From: a virus
Taxonomy: Duplodnaviria > Caudoviricetes
Direction: 5' to 3' (one strand)
Virus record (IMG/VR): IMGVR_UViG_3300011616_000001
Location: 1 to 64,000 of that record
Length of the DNA: 64,000 nt
Each line of letters opens with the position of its first letter. Within the stretch, counting starts at the first letter, position 1. The notes beneath the pieces were generated by a model. The model searched no databases. It was not told where the DNA came from and saw only the letters and a program-made list of their open reading frames with translations. This document shows positions 46,604 to 56,491 of the stretch, piece by piece. The position numbers and the translations under genes are program-made.

Positions 46604-48109
46604 TTACTTGTTTAAGTAACGTTTCATTAAACCGTTATACGGTTCATTAGTGGCAGCAGGGTCTTCATTCACTGGGAATTTGGAAAAGTCTGCTTTTACT
46701 GACTCAATAGTTTTTGAATCTAGTGAGTGAAGGCCAACAATATATGTACACTCCTTGCCTAATTCCTCAAGAGAATATTTGCCAACATTCTCCTTTAGGG
46801 CAGCAAACTCGGCAGTATTACCGATTTTGGATTCAAAACGGCTGAAGACTGTTTCAGCTTCTCTTTGATTCTTATAGGCAATAAGTGAATCTACATCTTC
46901 ATTTGCGGTCACGTGCGTTGCTTTGTACTCTTCATGAGTCGCTTTTAATTCTTCATAGCCCAGTCGTTCCTCATCTAACTTTCGCTTTTCATCCAAAGTC
47001 AACCACATCAGAACCATCTCTTCAAAATTGCCTGTTAGGGTTGCTGTAATAGTAGATTCATCAAACGTATAGGTGTATCGACCATAAGTGCATGTGTAAT
47101 CATCTTTAGTCCAGTGGTTTCTCTCGACATATACAAATTCATCGGAAAAGTCTTTAATCCAGAAGTAGGTTTCTTCGATGTAATTACCGGATGCGTCCTT
47201 GGTAATAATTGGATCTAAGGCATTTTCAAGGGCCTGTCTTTTCTGATTGTAGGTTGCCGAAAAGGGTAAGATTTTCTTCTCTCCGAACATCCCTTCCATT
47301 TTTACCGAAAGTTCCTCTAAAGAGAGTTCTTCTATTGAAAAGTCCAGATCTTTGATGGTCTTTGCATACTTTTCAAGAATTTTTAATTTGTCATTCAATT
47401 CTGTTCCTCCTTTTATTTCTTCACTTTTCGAAAATAGGTATTTTAACTCATCTTTCATTTGCTCGATCATAACTCGGAAGTCATTATCATCAATACTGAA
47501 ATCTGCTGGAATAAAGCTGGCACTTGGAAAACACGGATTAACATTGAATTTAGGATCATCTGACTTATTTAACATGCATAATGCATCAAAAGAAAAATCG
47601 ATAATATTTGCATATGAATTATCTTCGGCCAGTGGCTCAGATTTACTGTACAGAATCTCCATAGAGTGATTAAATAAGTGTTCGTCATTGTAGATTGTAT
47701 CGGCCAATTCGGGGTATCTGCCAATCCAAATTACAACATCACAAACTAGATACTGTGAGACGGTACCGTCTTCTTCAACAACATCTTCATATACTGGTTT
47801 CTCAGAGGGGATAGCAACACCAAAAGGGATACATTGGCTTTTTAATTTATAACCATTCGAAATATCAATTTTATAGTCGTGCCCACCCAGATACCAAGTA
47901 CCGTTATCATCACACATCAGGTGTCCCACTACAGGAACATATGCTAGTGATGGGTATGCTTTGTTAACATTCTCGATGTCAAAATATGATTTGTTTTGAT
48001 TTTTTCCCAGTGCCAAGACATAGCATTTTGCTTTCATGAAGCTTTCGTTCAGCTTTTCAAAAGATGTTAATTTAGATTTGAAAAGTAAAGATATATTTTT
48101 TTTGTCCAA
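46604..48109 (-). CDS. Putative prohead protease/scaffold
   Basis: HSMEI and FDALCML motifs; acidic C-terminal region; between portal and capsid. Confidence 0.65.
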   Translation of the reverse strand: MDKKNISLLFKSKLTSFEKLNESFMKAKCYVLALGKNQNKSYFDIENVNKAYPSLAYVPVVGHLMCDDNGTWYLGGHDYKIDISNGYKLKSQCIPFGVAIPSEKPVYEDVVEEDGTVSQYLVCDVVIWIGRYPELADTIYNDEHLFNHSMEILYSKSEPLAEDNSYANIIDFSFDALCMLNKSDDPKFNVNPCFPSASFIPADFSIDDNDFRVMIEQMKDELKYLFSKSEEIKGGTELNDKLKILEKYAKTIKDLDFSIEELSLEELSVKMEGMFGEKKILPFSATYNQKRQALENALDPIITKDASGNYIEETYFWIKDFSDEFVYVERNHWTKDDYTCTYGRYTYTFDESTITATLTGNFEEMVLMWLTLDEKRKLDEERLGYEELKATHEEYKATHVTANEDVDSLIAYKNQREAETVFSRFESKIGNTAEFAALKENVGKYSLEELGKECTYIVGLHSLDSKTIESVKADFSKFPVNEDPAATNEPYNGLMKRYLNK

Positions 48110-48129
48110 AATTTACCTCCTTTCTCATG

Positions 48130-48324
48130 CTAAAAATGAAGCATGTTATTATAAAAGAAGTCCTTTGTTTCATAATTTTCATGCAGATATCGCAATAGAT
48201 CTTCTGAAACAAAAAAAGCATAAACCGTTTCCGAATTTATGCTTTCCAAAACATATTTAAAACCAAGCGATATGAGCTTTTCTGCTATCGTTGGGTTTAA
48301 AACTTTAATTAGTTTGTCGTTAAT
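48130..48324 (-). CDS. Small DUF5659-like protein (ATT start)
   Basis: AGGTGGTG SD 6 nt before ATT. Confidence 0.55.
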   Translation of the reverse strand: MNDKLIKVLNPTIAEKLISLGFKYVLESINSETVYAFFVSEDLLRYLHENYETKDFFYNNMLHF

Positions 48325-48342
48325 ATTAATCACCACCTAATA

Positions 48343-49860
48343 CTATCGGTTCTCCGCGTTCCCATTGTTTTCTCTGCCAACTTCTGTTGAATCTTGAACA
48401 ACTGCACCTTTTTCCTCTTGGGTGGGAGCACCACCTGCTTCACCAGCAGTACTTTGTATATTTGAACTAACAAGAGGTGTTGTCCATTTTTTTGATGACA
48501 AATTAAGAATGTCTTCTTCTAAATATGTCATACCAATTACCTCGCTGGGTGATAGCCCAAGAGAAGACGCATATTGCATTTTTACAGGCAACCCATATTG
48601 TGCAGCTTTAGATAATCTATTCACATGTTGATCAATATTAAAAATTGACTGGTCTGAAAATTTGATTTTAAAGCCATAGGGTAGATCCATTTTTTTTATT
48701 TTTTTATTGAATACCCGTTCAAATTGTTGTAAGAGTGAAAATGCTATTTCTTCATCCGGTTTAACAGAGAGGGTGAGTGATGAGCTACTAGTTGCTTTGG
48801 TTGATCCGAAAATAAGAGAGCTGGTACCTGAGGAAAACCAAAAACCTTCTTCAGCACTGACAACATTGTTTTTATCAGAAACCGCAGAGTTACTAAAAGA
48901 AAAATCTTGAACTTCAAATGGAGACAGGAGTAGTCCTATACCATCAGGGAGATTTTGAGCCATTTGTTCGTAATATTTTAATGCGGTTGCATATTCCATT
49001 TTAGGAACACCTTGTTCATCAACATCCATCTTGGCGGATAGGGCCTTGTAGTTGTCATTTTCGGCCTTAGCTTTCTGTAACATCTTATAGTCTTCAATAT
49101 CATATACGGATAATAACAGTCCCGTAAATAATGGGAGAGAATATACCGGATCAGATTCGTCCGCTTTAATACAAATTCCATTGCTGGGTTCAAACCATCT
49201 GTTCTTAGCGTCTCCCTTTATCTTTTTTTCTTTGTTTCCCTTATACTTTTCCCAAGCAAGGACAAATTCCTCGCCATAAACTTCGAGTAAATAAGTCTTT
49301 CCATTAAAATAATCCAAATCAATAGAAGGTACAAAAGTTCCATCTTCTATTGAGGAGATTTTGGCATATTGACTGTCAAATGGTTTTATGTAAAAAGAGT
49401 CATTACTTTCGTAAGTTAGACCATAGTATACGCCATCCCGAATAGCTATTGTTATAGCTTTTGCTGCCTCCTGTCGTAAATTATATTTCTCACATTCATT
49501 AATAACAAAAAGGTATTTATTTTTGTAGTCATTTTTCTTCTTGTGTGTAAATGCTACATTTGTTGGAATCACCGTATAATTATAAAGAAGGATAGTGGAG
49601 TAGTAATCGATCAAGCGTCGATAGTGACTGGAAACAAGATATAAAAATCCGCTTAGATTCCGGATTTCTTTCTCATTTTTTTGCGGATTCTCCAGTAATG
49701 TTACTATTCTGTCTTTTGGATATTTCTTATATATGACACTTTCATTTCGACTGTTAATAAGATCTTGAACCATATTCTTTTTTAAATTGGCAAAAGAAAG
49801 ACTGGCATAACGCAATAACAACTTATCTTGTTCTTCCTTTGATAATGTTTCGACTTTCAT
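48343..49860 (-). CDS. Portal protein of prophage B
   Basis: 505 aa following TerL; SPbeta YonE-like position. Confidence 0.75.
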   Translation of the reverse strand: MKVETLSKEEQDKLLLRYASLSFANLKKNMVQDLINSRNESVIYKKYPKDRIVTLLENPQKNEKEIRNLSGFLYLVSSHYRRLIDYYSTILLYNYTVIPTNVAFTHKKKNDYKNKYLFVINECEKYNLRQEAAKAITIAIRDGVYYGLTYESNDSFYIKPFDSQYAKISSIEDGTFVPSIDLDYFNGKTYLLEVYGEEFVLAWEKYKGNKEKKIKGDAKNRWFEPSNGICIKADESDPVYSLPLFTGLLLSVYDIEDYKMLQKAKAENDNYKALSAKMDVDEQGVPKMEYATALKYYEQMAQNLPDGIGLLLSPFEVQDFSFSNSAVSDKNNVVSAEEGFWFSSGTSSLIFGSTKATSSSSLTLSVKPDEEIAFSLLQQFERVFNKKIKKMDLPYGFKIKFSDQSIFNIDQHVNRLSKAAQYGLPVKMQYASSLGLSPSEVIGMTYLEEDILNLSSKKWTTPLVSSNIQSTAGEAGGAPTQEEKGAVVQDSTEVGRENNGNAENR

Positions 49861-49875
49861 ACACTGCCTCCTTTC

Positions 49876-51723
49876 TTATAATTTTCGTAAAACTGGCTGC
49901 TTAGACATGATGAATTTGGACGGATCAATGTATTCAGACGAAGGTCTTTCGATAATTTTACCCTTCCTCATACGAGCCAAGTACCAACAGAGGAGACCGT
50001 ACACGAAAACTCTATCATCATGCATTATATTCCTTTTATCTGGAGGGAAATCGTATCTTACATTACCAGCATTAACATATTTACACATGGTAACAATTTC
50101 TGTTTTCATTAGATCGATCTGAACTAAGGCGTTTTTCTCATCGAGAGATAGGTCGTATCGATTTTCATTTCCATCGTCATCGATAGAGATGATATAATCC
50201 TTCCCCTCTGAATCTGCTGGGAATGAAACAACCCCAAGCTTAGTCATTTTTTCGGCGGCATCAAAAATTTCGTTTCGATGAGATTTGGGATCTACCAATT
50301 TCATGATATCAATTGCATCTCTAAATCTTCGGGCCGTAGCTTCATTAGCCTTATGTGATTTATCTATGACACCTTTGTGTGTTTTTCCATCCTTACCTGT
50401 CCAGTTTTCAAGCATATAATCAGAAACACCACCAATCATTTGACCACCAGATCCAGAATCACAAATAACAGCCTCAATGTTTTCATAATCGAGTTTTTTG
50501 CGAAACGATCCATTATATTCTAAAAGAAGATCTTGGAATCTTTTTACCTGATCAGGCAGAATCATAGGTGTTTTTTTCTTTGTGGAAATATCAACTAGAC
50601 TTACGACATTAGCAATATTCATACACCATCCACGTTCCTCATCATCAAATAATTCTGCGATACCAATAATGCTGTTGTCATTCAATCTGGCAGAATCCCA
50701 TGCGATTAGAAAAAGTCTGTTCCCAGTATCATTGGTTAACAATGGTGGATTTAATTTTGTGTGTTGCATAATTTCGCGTCTTGTTAAAATCTGTCCCTCA
50801 TGTGAATCTGCGCTAAACTTATTGTATAATTCTCTTAACGCTTTATCTCGATTATCCCCCATTGCCTTATCAACCTTGTCCTGGCTAATCAATGCGGGAT
50901 ACTGTTCTCCATTGTATTTGGCTTTCATAACCATGTCGATATTGTAGTTACATACAAAATACTTAGGATCTCCCATGATCATTCGCTCAGAGAAGTATCG
51001 GAATTTTTTATAATATTCTGATGATGTATCTGATGCAGAGGATGCATACAATAGTTGCCGGGGAAGGCCTTTAGGTTCCAAGGTAATATCAACATTCCCA
51101 CCGAGTTTAAAGTTTTCATCCTGGTTTACGAAGTTTTCAGCCTGTACAAAAAGTTCATCAGAAAACCATCCGGCCTCATCAAAACATACCAAATTGGCTC
51201 TTTTCCCTTTTATATTGGTGATATCACTGTTTAGTGTGTTTATTTCAGCACCATTAAAGAGTACGCAAGTGAATGATGCAGGATTATGGACAAAGCCATC
51301 TGAGTTAACTCCGTTCTTTTTGAGCTCATTGAAAAATACATCTGTGCAACCAGAGAATGATTCTATTTCTCTTTTAGCTATCTTTTCGACCTTCTTGTAT
51401 ACCTCTTTTGCCTGATCACCAGTATTTCCCAGAAAATATGTAACATGAAATGGGAATAAGAGACTTCGAGTCATCGTATATACACCTAGTTTTGTTGTTT
51501 TTCCGGCATTCCTTGATTCGAGCCATAGTACAAAATCTCTAGACCAAGAATTGTAAAAAGCGAATTTTTGAAGGTCTAGTAATTCTATTCCCATAAACCG
51601 ACTTGTAAATTCAACTGGGTAAATTCGGCCCCACTGAATCACCTGGCAATATTTATCGTACGTTTCAAGTTTTCGTTGTGAGATCTCTTTCTGAGACGGT
51701 TTGTTGAATATAGTAACTGCCAT
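49876..51723 (-). CDS. terL: Terminase large subunit of prophage B
   Basis: SRNAGKT, FDEAG, WDSAR..D, HDDR. Confidence 0.88.
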   Translation of the reverse strand: MAVTIFNKPSQKEISQRKLETYDKYCQVIQWGRIYPVEFTSRFMGIELLDLQKFAFYNSWSRDFVLWLESRNAGKTTKLGVYTMTRSLLFPFHVTYFLGNTGDQAKEVYKKVEKIAKREIESFSGCTDVFFNELKKNGVNSDGFVHNPASFTCVLFNGAEINTLNSDITNIKGKRANLVCFDEAGWFSDELFVQAENFVNQDENFKLGGNVDITLEPKGLPRQLLYASSASDTSSEYYKKFRYFSERMIMGDPKYFVCNYNIDMVMKAKYNGEQYPALISQDKVDKAMGDNRDKALRELYNKFSADSHEGQILTRREIMQHTKLNPPLLTNDTGNRLFLIAWDSARLNDNSIIGIAELFDDEERGWCMNIANVVSLVDISTKKKTPMILPDQVKRFQDLLLEYNGSFRKKLDYENIEAVICDSGSGGQMIGGVSDYMLENWTGKDGKTHKGVIDKSHKANEATARRFRDAIDIMKLVDPKSHRNEIFDAAEKMTKLGVVSFPADSEGKDYIISIDDDGNENRYDLSLDEKNALVQIDLMKTEIVTMCKYVNAGNVRYDFPPDKRNIMHDDRVFVYGLLCWYLARMRKGKIIERPSSEYIDPSKFIMSKQPVLRKL

Positions 51724-52844
51724 TATGTCTCACCTACTTTTGGTATATCATTTGTACTTTTTAAATGCTTGATCTCGATTTTTTGCAACCTCACTTGCTC
51801 TTCAAGTTTCATGATCTTATCATGTAGAACAACAACTTCTTGAGACTGATCAGCTAGCATTTTTGCATATTCATCTGATGTGAAATTTAGTTCTTCAAAT
51901 AATGCTTTAGCATTGTCGGCAGCTATTTCTTTATACGATTCAGAGAGTTTGATATCGATCAAATTTACCTTTATCTCCTCAAAACCATTTTCTCCCATCT
52001 CTTTCATGATATTTGTAAGAGTGGTGCTGCCTCGACCACCTTTGCCAGAACTTTTTGCAGATAGCCCATTTTCACTTGCAATGGAGTTGATTGCTTTTTC
52101 AAGACGGTCTTTTATTGCTGTGAGAGAGCTGATGATAGAATTATCAGGAGATTTTTTTCGTAATTCACTATTTATCAATTTATCTACATTGTCTAACTGG
52201 AGCGTGGTTTTAACCAGAGACATGACTCGTTGCATTTTGTGTGGATCTTCTAATACGTCATCAGTCAAATAGTCTGCCATCGTATTAAATAGGAATTTTC
52301 TGTTGGTATCAGTGTAATTTTCATCTTCAAAACAGTCATAGCCAACCGACTGCAGAACATAGTTTTTATTTTTGATGTCGGAGGAGTTCCATCTGATCTC
52401 ACTGTTTTCTCGCATTTCATCCACTGTTTTTAACCCATCTTGCAATAAATTGATGAGAAAAGTAGTGAAGTTTTTAGCCTTGTACTGTGTCCCATTTAAT
52501 AGTTTTGCATAGTTTCCTAGTGAAAAATTAGCATTATCTCTTGTTTTTTCATATAGTTCCTCTGAAAAGTACAAATCAAGGTAATGACACATGATTATGA
52601 GTGCAATTTTTTCGTCTTTATATTTATATTTATTTTCTTTATATAGTTCATTGGCACACTCAAAGCAAATGCTCGTATATAGTTCATTAGCGGTATAGAG
52701 AGGACTGGTCTTTGACATAAAAAAATTACCTTTGGGGTCATCCAGTTTTTTGCCACACCGCGTACACTTATATGTGGGAGAAGAGTGAGATTTAGTGTCA
52801 TCATAGCGTTTAGTATTTGGTGCTTTTGGTTTTGTGGTGGCTAT
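51723..52844 (-). CDS. Zinc-finger protein before TerL (possible terminase small subunit), ATA start
   Basis: 42-codon upstream extension supplies CTRC to pair with CFEC; GGTG SD. Confidence 0.65.
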   Translation of the reverse strand: MATTKPKAPNTKRYDDTKSHSSPTYKCTRCGKKLDDPKGNFFMSKTSPLYTANELYTSICFECANELYKENKYKYKDEKIALIIMCHYLDLYFSEELYEKTRDNANFSLGNYAKLLNGTQYKAKNFTTFLINLLQDGLKTVDEMRENSEIRWNSSDIKNKNYVLQSVGYDCFEDENYTDTNRKFLFNTMADYLTDDVLEDPHKMQRVMSLVKTTLQLDNVDKLINSELRKKSPDNSIISSLTAIKDRLEKAINSIASENGLSAKSSGKGGRGSTTLTNIMKEMGENGFEEIKVNLIDIKLSESYKEIAADNAKALFEELNFTSDEYAKMLADQSQEVVVLHDKIMKLEEQVRLQKIEIKHLKSTNDIPKVGET

Positions 52845-53099
52845 ATGATCACCATCCTTTCATTCTTCAAATATCGTTGAAATGGCTGTTTAAAGCCAAA
52901 AATAAAAAGTGCCTCATCAATAAATGAGACACCTTTAGATCGTCCTAATAGGGCATTAATTTATGATTTTATGCAGTTTTCTCTGGAATGGATATAGGTT
53001 TAAAGTGTCTAGTCCCACTTGTCAATATTCAAAAATATGGGGTTAATAGAGCAGAATGAGCAATCTCGACCCTTACAAAACGAATATTGGGGTTTTTAA

Positions 53100-53447
53100 T
53101 TACAGGTGCTTATCAACAACTTTGTCTAGCTGCGTTTTGGCATAAGATTCGACCTTGGCAAAGGTTTTTTCAACGAGATGAGAGATAAAGTCCTCGGTAA
53201 AAATGAATTTTGCCCAACGTGGAACCAGAGCATACAGCTGTTTAACTACATAATTGTGCTTGTCAGTACCGGCCTTTTTAACGTTTATGTACTCCATTTC
53301 AGCTTCAGCGATAAAACCATCTGCCTTGCTGGTTAATTCGGCACAGATATTTTTGATTTCGGCCTTTGTTTTTATATAAATGGCTACGCCGCCAAAAATA
53401 AGTAAAGCAATAAACTTTACGACTTCCAGAATCATATCAGGATTCAT
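53100..53447 (-). CDS. Holin-like protein (LL-H type)
   Basis: One N-terminal TM helix, AE...G.DK...V motif. Confidence 0.55.
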   Translation of the reverse strand: MNPDMILEVVKFIALLIFGGVAIYIKTKAEIKNICAELTSKADGFIAEAEMEYINVKKAGTDKHNYVVKQLYALVPRWAKFIFTEDFISHLVEKTFAKVESYAKTQLDKVVDKHL

Positions 53448-53474
53448 TAAATGCTCCTTTCTGAGCAATTGGTT

Positions 53475-54497
53475 TTAAACGAAAGCATCAAACGCATCGT
53501 CTTCATCGTCCCGGATGACATAATGCTTTGAGGTGGTTTCGCTAGATTCGTGACCCAGTAGTTTCTGAGCCGTCTCAAGAGACTTGTGTTCATGAACAAC
53601 CAGATTGGTGGCTCTCGACTCTCTGAGTAAATGCGGATGAACTCTCCGCCCTACAATTTTTTCGAATAGGCCATTACACCAGTTATTGAATGTACCCTCA
53701 CCAACCTGTGTGGTTACCCCATTCTTCTGTTTTATGACAAACATGTATGGACAATCGTCATCCCCACGTATTTCGAGCCACTTCTTCAGAACATCCATGA
53801 CATCCTGCCCGAATTGCAGCTTGCGGACTTTCCCGACTTTTGATCTGCCCTTACACCTTATGTCATGCGTTTTGTACGCCACGGAGATGATTTCAGATAT
53901 ATTTCCATTCTCATCTCTGATTTGAACAGGTTTTTCCTGGGGAGTATATTCAACCACCTCTTTAAGCAGTTGCCGCGTCTCAGCCCTACGGCATCCGGTA
54001 CTATAGGAGAATTTTAAGTAGGCTAATTTTTGCCATTCTCCAAGCTCAGTCAATCTTGTGCACAGGTTGTTATACTCGGCGGGAGTGAGTGGTTCCTTCT
54101 TGTGTACATACCCTGTCTTGATTACGACCATCTCTGAAGTGACATAGTTCCGGAACATCGGATATTCCTCTTCATAATAAGACTCGATGAATTTGTTTAA
54201 CGCACTAACTGCTGATTTTTTGAATTTGATTGCAGAGTCGGACAAACCACGGTTGGTTAACCAATTCAGATATCTCAAAAACTCTTTTTTCTTAATATCA
54301 ACGCAATCTTTATTCTTTAGATTTTCTTTTACCCACCAGAAATAGATTCTCAGGGCGGAAGTGTATGCAGTTTGAGTTTTTACGGAGAGGTGGGTTTGGT
54401 TACTAAGATAGTCCTGAACCATTTCTCGATTAAATGTGGACACCTCACCCCACATTTCCTCTGTCACATCATCAGATCGTTTAGCGATTTCACTCAT
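53475..54497 (-). CDS. Tyrosine recombinase (SPbeta YomM-like)
   Basis: STGCRRAE, HLLR, LGH, HY. Confidence 0.88.
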   Translation of the reverse strand: MSEIAKRSDDVTEEMWGEVSTFNREMVQDYLSNQTHLSVKTQTAYTSALRIYFWWVKENLKNKDCVDIKKKEFLRYLNWLTNRGLSDSAIKFKKSAVSALNKFIESYYEEEYPMFRNYVTSEMVVIKTGYVHKKEPLTPAEYNNLCTRLTELGEWQKLAYLKFSYSTGCRRAETRQLLKEVVEYTPQEKPVQIRDENGNISEIISVAYKTHDIRCKGRSKVGKVRKLQFGQDVMDVLKKWLEIRGDDDCPYMFVIKQKNGVTTQVGEGTFNNWCNGLFEKIVGRRVHPHLLRESRATNLVVHEHKSLETAQKLLGHESSETTSKHYVIRDDEDDAFDAFV

Positions 54498-54549
54498 ATA
54501 AACACCCCCTTTCTTGCAAATAAAAATGACCAGTCACGTCAATGTGCGG

Positions 54550-54696
54550 TCACAGTTTGATTTTTTTATATAATTCTTCGATTGTCACATTCTCGCCAAC
54601 AGAGATACCAGTATCTAGCAGATCGACAAGTAATCCTTCCAGCAGCTTCGCCTCATCATACGTGAGGTTGACTGTTTTTACGCTCTCATCATACAT
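54550..54696 (-). CDS. Small hypothetical protein (48 aa)
   Basis: GGGGTG SD, ATG 54696, TGA 54552-54550. Confidence 0.6.
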   Translation of the reverse strand: MYDESVKTVNLTYDEAKLLEGLLVDLLDTGISVGENVTIEELYKKIKL

Positions 54697-54711
54697 TTGA
54701 TCACCCCTATT

Positions 54712-55002
54712 CTATTTATTTACAGCGTTTTTAAACGCTTTACCAGCTTTGAATTTAGGAGTGTTACATGCAGCAACGGTCATAGATTCTCCCGTTTTAG
54801 GATTTCGGCCCTCGCGCTCAACTCGGCGTGTTACACTGTAAGTGCCGAAGCCTGTAATGTTGATTGTTTTACCGGCAGCAGTCTCATTTTTGATTATGTT
54901 GTTATATGAATCAATCACCTCTTCGATGATTTTTTTGCTCATTCCGGTCTGAGCTGCAACCATATTGATGATATTGGGTTTATTTAGTTTTGTTTCGCTC
55001 AT
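54712..55002 (-). CDS. hup: HU-family DNA-binding protein
   Basis: GFGTY, REGRNPKTGE, PKFKAGK. Confidence 0.92.
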   Translation of the reverse strand: MSETKLNKPNIINMVAAQTGMSKKIIEEVIDSYNNIIKNETAAGKTINITGFGTYSVTRRVEREGRNPKTGESMTVAACNTPKFKAGKAFKNAVNK

Positions 55003-55014
55003 GTTAAGGGCTCC

Positions 55015-56229
55015 TTAGTTTAGTTTGATGTTATATGTAGATTCACGCCCATCATCAGGGTTGAACATCATTAATGTCTGTCCTGCTTTAGAATACAATC
55101 GTTTATCATTAGAATAATCATCAGCACCACATAACGATCTGATCAATATATTTTCAATGTCAAATGATTCAAATTCTTCGAGATGGTGTTTGTCGGCCGA
55201 TACTGTATAATCGATTGTCTCACCATAAAGCCGGGAGAACAGAGTATTGACAGTAACTCCTAAATTGCGGAACTTATCCAGATCTCCATGAACACAACAA
55301 ATATTGAATCCTAAAATGTTGAGTTTAGTAAACTCCTTGTATTCAGATTCGATTATTTCTACTTTGGGATTATTCTGGAATCGCTGTTTTAACCACCAGG
55401 GAATAATTTTTTCCATGTTGTCAGAGTGGATACTATCGTTCTTGTTCTGTATAGTTCTCAGATGATTTCCATAGCAGGAGTGCACTCTGATATCGTTGGT
55501 TATAACGGAAAGCTCCTGAATCATTTGGGCCATGATTTCAGCTACATGCATGAGCTGATCACAAGTATCCTCTTCTGAAGCAACTCGGCAAGATGAATGA
55601 ATACCGCCGTGTGCAGCATCACCAAGTAAAACAATGGATAGCTTGCTGATTTTATTTAGTGACAAATATTCTTTGACCTTGCCTGTCAGTTTGATGACAC
55701 GCTGCTTACATATATCGGTGTTATATTTGTTCCAAATGTTGTCAGTAACCATACCATAGTGCCAGTCGGCCAGAAATAAAACAGCTTCTTTTTGGTTATT
55801 GGTCTGAATGTATTGGGTGAAATCCAGTGGTCTCTCTCTATTTAGACGTTCTGCAGACTCGATCAATTTCTCTGTAAGATTGTCAGAACGAGCATCGGAG
55901 ATACGCAATTTGTTATACTCCCGGCGCTGATCAAACACTTGTCTCTTGACTTTGTAAAGTTCATCTTTTTGTTGCTGAAGTTCTTTGAAGTATTTTTCTT
56001 CATTCAGGCAATTGAATACACCAGCTTCGAAATATTGTTTTGCTGTTTGATATGGCTTTCGATAAGCAGATTCCTGATAATATTTATCGTCATGTCTAAA
56101 CTCTTTATTTATCAGATCTGCTAGGTCTGACCATGTCAAATCTATCATGCCAGAGTCCTTCAGCTGACCTAAGCGCCAAGTATATTGCTCTTCGTTTTCG
56201 TCTTTCTGTCTGTGTAAATCAGTATTAAT
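55015..56229 (-). CDS. Calcineurin-like metallophosphoesterase (ATT start)
   Basis: ADWH, LGD, GNH, HGD, DKHH. Confidence 0.8.
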   Translation of the reverse strand: MNTDLHRQKDENEEQYTWRLGQLKDSGMIDLTWSDLADLINKEFRHDDKYYQESAYRKPYQTAKQYFEAGVFNCLNEEKYFKELQQQKDELYKVKRQVFDQRREYNKLRISDARSDNLTEKLIESAERLNRERPLDFTQYIQTNNQKEAVLFLADWHYGMVTDNIWNKYNTDICKQRVIKLTGKVKEYLSLNKISKLSIVLLGDAAHGGIHSSCRVASEEDTCDQLMHVAEIMAQMIQELSVITNDIRVHSCYGNHLRTIQNKNDSIHSDNMEKIIPWWLKQRFQNNPKVEIIESEYKEFTKLNILGFNICCVHGDLDKFRNLGVTVNTLFSRLYGETIDYTVSADKHHLEEFESFDIENILIRSLCGADDYSNDKRLYSKAGQTLMMFNPDDGRESTYNIKLN

Positions 56230-56491
56230 AAGCCAATCCACCTTTCTTGATAAATAAATGTTAATATAGGTTTAAGATATAATAGAAATAGCAGCAGTAT
56301 CAGAAGACTTTCTGATACCACTGCCAATCATGATGTGATGAAATTTATTGTCTATCCTAAGTCTCCCTTATGAGGTGGTGAAAAAACGTTTAGTTCTAAG
56401 CATAATTTGCACTTGGAAAATGACAACTCAGAACTTTTTTCGGTATTTTACTTGACACTCAAGGGTTTTTCGGCGTTATAAGTGGCTAAAA

